39,554 nucleotides of DNA from Silvanigrellaceae bacterium (GTDB lineage: Bacteria > Bdellovibrionota_B > Oligoflexia > Silvanigrellales > Silvanigrellaceae). Below are positions 33,216 to 39,554 of the stretch, piece after piece; positions within the stretch are counted from its first letter, which is position 1, and every line of letters begins with the position of its first letter. Below the pieces are notes generated by a model. It was not told the DNA's origin. It did no database searches and saw only the letters and a program-made list of their open reading frames with translations. Both the position numbers and the translations under genes were made by a program. The stretch lies in NCBI GenBank assembly GCA_049423385.1, contig JBMSQQ010000025.1:1-39554 (forward strand), given 5' to 3'.

Positions 33216-35726
33216 ATGAACCACGTATTGCAAATTCACGTGAGAGCCCAACTTCCGTCGAGTCTTGAACCACTCTGGTCCATTGCGCGCAACGTCTGGT
33301 GGTCCTGGAATACCGATGCCGTCAATCTCTTCCGGAGAATCGATCCCACCGCATATGAGCAGAGCGGCCCATGTCCATTGCGCCTGCTGAGTCAGATCAG
33401 CCGTGAGCATTTCGACAGACTCGCGGCCGATCAGGGTTTTGTGGACCATCTCAACCGGGTGAAAACAAGTTTCGAAACGATGCTGCGCAGCACACCTGCC
33501 GGTCGTCCCGAGATCGCGGCCAGCAAGCCTTCAAGCATCGCTTATTTTTCGATGGAATTCGGCCTGCACGAAAGCATTCCACTTTACAGTGGTGGTTTGG
33601 GAATCCTTGCCGGCGACCACCTCAAGACAGCGAGCGACCTTGCGCTTCCGCTGATGGGAATCGGGCTTTTTTACAATGAAGGCTATTTCAATCAGTCGAT
33701 TGGAAAAGATGGCTGGCAGCGTGAACATTACAGCAACAATGATCCTTTGTTCATGCCGATGGAACTCGTTCGCGGTGAAAACGATTGCCCGCTTGTTTTT
33801 GAAGTTGCGATCTCGGGCGAGAAGGTTGCCGTGCAAATCTGGAAACTCCCGGTTGGCCGCATTCCACTTTATCTTCTCGACACCAACCTTTCACAAAACT
33901 CACAAGAAGCCAGGCAAATCACCAGCCGACTTTATGCAGGCGGACAGGATCTTCGGATCCGTCAGGAAATTCTCTTGGGTATCGGTGGTGTTCGCGCACT
34001 TCAAGCCATGGGTCTTGAGCCCGAAGTTTACCATCTGAACGAAGGTCACTCTGCGTTCCTGACACTCGCACGCGTTGCACTGGCAGTGAACAAGAACCTC
34101 ACCTGGCAGCAGGCTCTGCATCAGGTTCAATCGACCCAAATATTCACCGTCCACACTCCCCTGCCCGCCGGAAATGACAGCTTTCCGGTTGAAAAGGTCA
34201 AACACCATCTCGGCTCAACACTCGATCATTATGGTTTGCCAGACGAACAATTTTACGCTCTGGGAAGGCATCCCGAACACACGCAAGAATTTTCCATGCC
34301 TGTCTTCGCACTCCGGACTTCGCACTTCCGCAACGGCGTGAGCGCCCTGCACGGAGACGTGTCGCGCAGAATCTGGAAGAGTCTTTGGCCACACCTGAAT
34401 GAACACGAAAACCCTGTCAATCACGTGACCAACGGCGTGCACACCCGAACATGGATGTCGAACGAACTTGCCGACCTGTGTGACATGTATCTGGGGCGCG
34501 GATGGGACGATCGACTTGAGCAATCCAGCACCTGGGAACGCATCCACGGTATTCCCGATTCCGAATTTTGGGATGTTCACCTGCTGAGAAAGAGCAGATT
34601 GATATCCAGCGTCATCAAGTGCATGTCGACAAGCGATCGCGTTTCGCCCCATGCGCTTGCAGAATTGCGGCAATCGCTGCGTCCGCAAACACTCACGATT
34701 GGTTTTGCGCGCAGATTCGTTGCCTACAAGCGTGGCACGTTGATGTTTCGCAACATTGATAGACTCAAACGCATCCTCAACAATGCCGACCGTCCAGTGC
34801 AAATCCTGATTGCCGGAAAAGCACATCCCAACGACAATCACGGCAAGGAGATCATTCAACAGGTCGTCCAGATCATCGAACGGGAAAAGCTGACCAACAA
34901 AGTTCTGTTTTTGGAAAACTACGACATGAATCTGGCCCACCGCCTGGTTCGCGGCGTGGATATCTGGCTCAATACGCCTGTCCGAACTCTCGAGGCCTCG
35001 GGTACGAGCGGAATGAAGGTTGCATTGAATGGAGGACTTCATCTCTCCATTCTTGATGGATGGTGGGATGAGGCACACAACCCCGACGCCGGGTGGGCCA
35101 TTGGATCTCGCGATTTCCATTCCAGCGACGACGTGCGTGACGCGCGCGAAAGCGAGATGCTTTACGACTTGCTCGAACACGAAATTGCGCCGCTTTACTA
35201 CAGCGCTCCGGTTCCCGGCGAATGGATTCGCAAAATGAAGAATTCGGTGATGCGCTACGCGCCTGAATTCAGCGCTCAACGAATGGTTCTCGATTATTTC
35301 TCATCTGCATACCAACCTGCACTGCAGAACGCACAGAAGATTGGTATTTTGTCGCCAAACTCGAAACACAATCTTGTTGAGCATGAAAAGAACCTACAGA
35401 CACTGCGCACCGGCTGGAGCAAAACCGAAATCCGCAGTCTCGAAATGATGCCAAAGGCAGGCGCTTTTGTAGGTGAACCCATAACTGTGCGGGCAACAAT
35501 CCGTACCACTCTTCCTCTGGAATGGATTGATGTTCAATTGGTTCCGACACAGGCTCGTGGTGACACAATCACTCTCATGCCACGCGGCAGTGACGCTGAA
35601 AATACTTACCTTTACGAAGGTATTTTCACTCCCGTAAAACCATGCATGCTGTCTTTGGGATTACGTGTCACTCCTTCGACTCGGATTTTTCCGGAAGCCC
35701 TTGATCTGCAACTTGTCGCACGATAG
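33216..35726 (+). CDS. glgP: Alpha-glucan (glycogen/maltodextrin) phosphorylase, GT35
   Basis: NVWWSW, AYFSMEFGLHE, YSGGLGILAGDHLK, HLNEGH, GFARRFVAYKR and the PLP-lysine motif EASGTSGMK. Start 33216 (GGGAG) or 33165. Confidence 0.95.
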   Translation: MNHVLQIHVRAQLPSSLEPLWSIARNVWWSWNTDAVNLFRRIDPTAYEQSGPCPLRLLSQISREHFDRLAADQGFVDHLNRVKTSFETMLRSTPAGRPEIAASKPSSIAYFSMEFGLHESIPLYSGGLGILAGDHLKTASDLALPLMGIGLFYNEGYFNQSIGKDGWQREHYSNNDPLFMPMELVRGENDCPLVFEVAISGEKVAVQIWKLPVGRIPLYLLDTNLSQNSQEARQITSRLYAGGQDLRIRQEILLGIGGVRALQAMGLEPEVYHLNEGHSAFLTLARVALAVNKNLTWQQALHQVQSTQIFTVHTPLPAGNDSFPVEKVKHHLGSTLDHYGLPDEQFYALGRHPEHTQEFSMPVFALRTSHFRNGVSALHGDVSRRIWKSLWPHLNEHENPVNHVTNGVHTRTWMSNELADLCDMYLGRGWDDRLEQSSTWERIHGIPDSEFWDVHLLRKSRLISSVIKCMSTSDRVSPHALAELRQSLRPQTLTIGFARRFVAYKRGTLMFRNIDRLKRILNNADRPVQILIAGKAHPNDNHGKEIIQQVVQIIEREKLTNKVLFLENYDMNLAHRLVRGVDIWLNTPVRTLEASGTSGMKVALNGGLHLSILDGWWDEAHNPDAGWAIGSRDFHSSDDVRDARESEMLYDLLEHEIAPLYYSAPVPGEWIRKMKNSVMRYAPEFSAQRMVLDYFSSAYQPALQNAQKIGILSPNSKHNLVEHEKNLQTLRTGWSKTEIRSLEMMPKAGAFVGEPITVRATIRTTLPLEWIDVQLVPTQARGDTITLMPRGSDAENTYLYEGIFTPVKPCMLSLGLRVTPSTRIFPEALDLQLVAR

Positions 35727-35802
35727 GCATTTTCGGTAACAGATCCAAAGTGAAAATTGATGTTGACCTCGTCCTCTCTCTCAAACCATGTGTGGTGGTG
35801 CG

Positions 35803-37278
35803 ATGAAGATCCTGATGCTCGGATGGGAATTTCCTCCATTGATCTCCGGCGGTCTGGCGACCGCCACAGAAGGCCTTGTCTCGGGGCTCACGAAACTTGG
35901 CCATCAGGTTGCACTGGTGTTGCCACATTTCCCCCACGACAATGCGGAAAAGATCGAGGCCATCAATCCTCACCTGACCATTGTCAGTCCGGAGCATCCT
36001 TTCAACCTTGAAAGAATCAGCCGACCCGTGGACGAAACGTTTGTTGCATCCGGCGGAATCGAATTCAGTGCCTACGGTTCAGCCGAAGCCCTCCGCACGG
36101 CCGGCAAATCGTCCACTGATTCAGGTGCGGACGCCATGCACATGTTGAGTCATTACGAAACGGCGCACATCGAATCCCTCGCATTGTCTTCCGAAGAGAA
36201 AGTCCAGTTGCGGGAGCGCCTCTTCCAGTACAGAAAACTGCTTGCCGCCCAGAGTTCAGAGGAAAAACTGTCTTCCCAGACTGGACAATGGTCTCCCTTG
36301 CGCAGCGATGTTGGCGAACAAACCGAAATCCTGTCGATGCTTGCGACCGATGTTTTGCGCACCGAAAACAACACCATTTTTGAAGTTATTCATGCCCACG
36401 ACTGGATGAGTCTCAAAGCCATCGCCAATCTCAAGAACACGTCTACATTGCCTGTTGTCTTGCACGTCCACTCCACCGAGTACGATCGCGCGGGCCTCCA
36501 CGGAAACCAGAAAATTCAGGCCATGGAGAAGCTCGGTTTTCATCTGGCCGACAGGCTTGTTGCCGTTTCCAATCTCACGCGAAAGATTCTGGTTGATCAC
36601 TATGGCATCGACTCTGGAAAAATCGACGTGGTCTACAACGCCTCGAATCTTGCCCACAACAAGAACAAGAAGAACATCCGCAAGCAGCACCTGGACGAGA
36701 CCGAAGAGGCTTCCTTGAAGGCCGATGAGCGTTCGGCTCTGATTTCATTCGTGGGCCGAGTGACCTATCAAAAGGGCCCTGCCTATTTTGTTCAATCGGC
36801 TCATCGCGCGTTGCAACTGCAACCAAACCTGCGTTTTCAGGTGGTCGGAACAGGTGATTTGTTGCCCTCCATGCGCCAGCTGGCCTGGGAGCTTGGAATT
36901 CTCGACCGATTCACGTTTCACGGCTTCCAAAACTCCAAAAAGGTGGAATCGCTGTTGGCCGAATCAGACGTGTTCGTCATGCCCAGCGTTTCGGAACCCT
37001 TTGGCATTGTGGCTCTCGAAGCCATGGCACAAGACATCCCAATCATCATCTCGAAACAATCGGGTGCGGCTGAGTGCTTGATGCATGCCCTCAAAGTTGA
37101 TTTTTGGGATACCGATTTGATGGCTGATCGAATCGTCAGTATCGTGCGCCGTCCCCGATTGCATCGGGAACTCCGGCGCAATGCATCCCGCGAAGTGGAA
37201 CGCTTCAATTGGGAAAACTCGGCCCGTCGCTGTGTGGATGTTTACAGGAAAACCGCAAGCCGCTTCATCAAGATATGA
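35803..37278 (+). CDS. GT4 family glycosyltransferase (glycogen-synthase-like, GWEFPP type)
   Basis: MKILMLGWEFPPLISGGL, IHAHDW, HVHSTEYDR, GRVTYQKG, PSVSEPFGIVALEAM. Confidence 0.9.
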   Translation: MKILMLGWEFPPLISGGLATATEGLVSGLTKLGHQVALVLPHFPHDNAEKIEAINPHLTIVSPEHPFNLERISRPVDETFVASGGIEFSAYGSAEALRTAGKSSTDSGADAMHMLSHYETAHIESLALSSEEKVQLRERLFQYRKLLAAQSSEEKLSSQTGQWSPLRSDVGEQTEILSMLATDVLRTENNTIFEVIHAHDWMSLKAIANLKNTSTLPVVLHVHSTEYDRAGLHGNQKIQAMEKLGFHLADRLVAVSNLTRKILVDHYGIDSGKIDVVYNASNLAHNKNKKNIRKQHLDETEEASLKADERSALISFVGRVTYQKGPAYFVQSAHRALQLQPNLRFQVVGTGDLLPSMRQLAWELGILDRFTFHGFQNSKKVESLLAESDVFVMPSVSEPFGIVALEAMAQDIPIIISKQSGAAECLMHALKVDFWDTDLMADRIVSIVRRPRLHRELRRNASREVERFNWENSARRCVDVYRKTASRFIKI

Positions 37279-39083
37279 ATTCGACCATGTACAGCGCCCT
37301 TTTGGCAACGCCTTCATCACTTGCAGCATATGAACGCGATGGTCAGCTGAAGTCGTGGTGCTGGCCCCGCAAGGATGCTTTTCACAACCAATTGCGTTTT
37401 TTCATTATGGGGCTCGTGCAGAAAGACGAATGCATCTGGCTCGACCCCGAACGTGACCAAATCACTTTCACTTGGGTCACCCCTCTGGAACATCTCCAGA
37501 TCCATTGGCATATGCATCATCCTGCTGTCAGGGGATTGCACGTCCGTCTGGATGCCCGGATGGTCGACGAGCGCACCTTGGAACACACCTACACCATAGA
37601 TGCCTCGGAGCACAGCTCCCTGCACGACACGAGTTTTTGGTTTTTGATGGCTCCCGAGATTGCCGGCAGAAGGAGTCAATTCCAATGCGTCCGTGCGAGT
37701 TCGCAGGCGAATCAAATCCGATGCGACGCAGATCCGTATTGGTTGACAATGGAGCCCGGAAAAAGCGATTTCTTCAAGTTGACCGGAGCGCTGCAGATAG
37801 ACTCTCAATCATCGCTCGGACACCTCGTCCAAGCATTTGTCTCTCACCCTGGAGCGTTCAGATCTATCGAAATGGGTCGCTGCGCTGCCGTGGCGGTTTC
37901 GCCAGTCGTCCGCTGGAACAGCCCCTACACCATCCGCATGACCCTTCATCCTGACGTTGGAAACAACATTCATCCGCTTGAACTACCCGAACCAGTCGAC
38001 AGTGCCACAGCGCAAATTTCTCAACCAAAGAATCATACGCACTCCTTGTCTTTGAAAGTGCTCGATGCCCTCACCAGCCCGAACGGCGCCCTTTTGGCTT
38101 CTGCAGAGTGTGACTGGGAAATGCGATTCAGTGGTGGCTATGGCTTCGTTTGGCCAAGAGATGCTGCCTTTGTTGGTTTGTCGATGATGGAATGTGGCCA
38201 CGAAGAGCGTGCTGTCCGATTGGCACTGTTTTTGTCGAAGGCTCTTGGTCTGGCAAATGACTTTGAGCAGCGCTACACGGATGCTGCCCTGCCTGCACCC
38301 AGTTGGTGCATGCGTCAGCCCGATCAGAGACCACTCGTTTGCCTGCTTTGGATCTCACTCCTCCGCAGTGCGCATCTTGCAGCAACGGTTCGCGATGAAC
38401 TCAGGATTAAATTGAATACCTGCCTTTCCGCGATGGCTGATGAACTGTTGAATTCACCGGCAAAAGCACTTCAAGGGTTCGACCTTTGGGAAGAACGTGA
38501 AGGACAGCATTTTTTTGCCTTGGTTTGTGCTTATGGTGCGCTCAGTCGGGGAGCCGAGTTCGCGTTGACCGATGTTGCCGGTGAGCGATTTGATGCCGCT
38601 GCCCAGATTGCCTGCGAAATGGCTCAAGCACATTTCAGTCCGGAACATGCATGGCCCGCACGCACGCGTGCATCAAATGGAGTTTTCGATTTCACCGCCG
38701 ATGCAAGTCTGTTGGCATGTCTGATGCCCGTGCCTGAATTTCCTGTCGAGCCCGAAATTCGACGCAGGATGTTTGAAGGTCTCCAAGCTGCACTTCAACA
38801 CGGTGTCGGTTATCGACGCTACGTCGACGACACGTACCGGGGCGGAGGCTGTTGGCCGCTCGTGGGGTTGTGGTTTGGACTTTCGGCACGCGAGGTCATG
38901 TCGGAACCCGAATCGAAGGAGTTCATTCGGTTTGCAATAGTCCAGGCTGCCGCCGCGTCGACCACCTTGGGTTACTTGCCAGAGCAAATTGATCCCTCGA
39001 CAAGTCATCCGACCTGGGTAGTGCCATTGGCTTGGTCTCATGCATTTTTCATGCAGCTTTCTCGGCGCGCCCTGGAATTTTGA
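37275..39083 (+). CDS. Glycoside hydrolase family 15 (glucoamylase-like)
   Basis: GYGFVWPRDA, FDLWEE (acid), LPEQID (base), PLAWSHA. ATGA overlap with the GT4 stop. Confidence 0.9.
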   Translation: MNSTMYSALLATPSSLAAYERDGQLKSWCWPRKDAFHNQLRFFIMGLVQKDECIWLDPERDQITFTWVTPLEHLQIHWHMHHPAVRGLHVRLDARMVDERTLEHTYTIDASEHSSLHDTSFWFLMAPEIAGRRSQFQCVRASSQANQIRCDADPYWLTMEPGKSDFFKLTGALQIDSQSSLGHLVQAFVSHPGAFRSIEMGRCAAVAVSPVVRWNSPYTIRMTLHPDVGNNIHPLELPEPVDSATAQISQPKNHTHSLSLKVLDALTSPNGALLASAECDWEMRFSGGYGFVWPRDAAFVGLSMMECGHEERAVRLALFLSKALGLANDFEQRYTDAALPAPSWCMRQPDQRPLVCLLWISLLRSAHLAATVRDELRIKLNTCLSAMADELLNSPAKALQGFDLWEEREGQHFFALVCAYGALSRGAEFALTDVAGERFDAAAQIACEMAQAHFSPEHAWPARTRASNGVFDFTADASLLACLMPVPEFPVEPEIRRRMFEGLQAALQHGVGYRRYVDDTYRGGGCWPLVGLWFGLSAREVMSEPESKEFIRFAIVQAAAASTTLGYLPEQIDPSTSHPTWVVPLAWSHAFFMQLSRRALEF

Positions 39084-39220
39084 AAACGAATTCATATTGA
39101 AAATTGACCCATGAATCCGAACAAACCGGTTTTCATTCAGCGAACGGTTTTATCAGCATAAACTGGCGTGCTATGATCGACCTGGCACACGTCATTGTTT
39201 TCTTCTTTCGGGAATCGCTT

Positions 39221-39554
39221 ATGAATTCCAAAATTCGATTGATCGTCTTGTTGCTCCCTTTCTTTTCCGCCTGCACGACAACCAGGGTTGTGAGTGTCAG
39301 ACCGGGAAAAGGTGGCGTGATTGCAATAAACCAAGGAATTTTTGGCGGCGATGCCCGCAGTCAAGCCGAATCAATGATGAGATCCAATTGCAGAGGCCCC
39401 TTCCGGATTGTCAAAGAGTCCGAGGCGGTCGTCGGCTCGGTCAGCAATACTCAAGGACAAACACAAGGACAATTCAACAATTACAATCGCGGTGCAAATT
39501 TCAACAGCAACTCAGCGTCGACCACCACCACGGGCAATGTGACCGAATGGCGGC
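39221..39554 (+). CDS. Lipoprotein, 3' end outside window (absent from the ORF track)
   Basis: Manual translation MNSKIRLIVLLLPFFSA-CTTTRVVSVRPGKGGVIAI...MRSNC...IVKESEAVVG...TEWR has a lipobox (FSAC) and no stop before the window end. Confidence 0.8.
   Translation, partial: MNSKIRLIVLLLPFFSACTTTRVVSVRPGKGGVIAINQGIFGGDARSQAESMMRSNCRGPFRIVKESEAVVGSVSNTQGQTQGQFNNYNRGANFNSNSASTTTTGNVTEWR

Noticed and set aside
34215..35279. 354-aa antisense ORF inside the phosphorylase, and similar shadow ORFs such as 21114..21899 and 7026..7709
   Set aside because: They overlap well-supported genes on the opposite strand almost entirely and show no protein-family motifs.
39163..39200. Sigma-54 promoter-like TGGCAC upstream of the terminal lipoprotein
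   Set aside because: The required GG-N10-GC spacing is not met.

Overview
Gene-dense bacterial chromosomal segment with no tRNA, rRNA, CRISPR array or recognisable mobile element. The MCP tip motif FQAKLLAFNASVEAARAG and the secreted/lipoprotein content suggest Bdellovibrionota/Oligoflexia (inference). In order: 3' part of a pstS-pstC-pstA-pstB phosphate ABC operon with very large permeases; a minus-strand run (GYF-like membrane protein, HNH nuclease, small membrane protein, tRNA-dihydrouridine synthase); an SDR / acyltransferase / orphan ParA / DUF3108 run; a stand-alone rpsR with a strong terminator; a secreted endonuclease I; a VKOR-DsbA fusion and envelope hypotheticals; an orphan PotD-like binding protein; a 3-domain S1 paralog directly ahead of rpsA-sppA, separated by a structured spacer; a cheA-cheW-mcp trio; tmk-holB; an alpha-glucan phosphorylase / GT4 / GH15 cluster; and a lipoprotein running off the end. 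The most striking observation is that the CheA is a full-length, uninterrupted ORF that has lost the phospho-acceptor His, the N-box Asn and all three G2-box glycines while keeping its dimerisation and CheW-like domains. It looks like a pseudokinase in a minimal chemosensory module with no adjacent CheY/CheB/CheR. All family calls come from motif recognition by eye, and start codons were re-chosen from RBS context; no database search was run.
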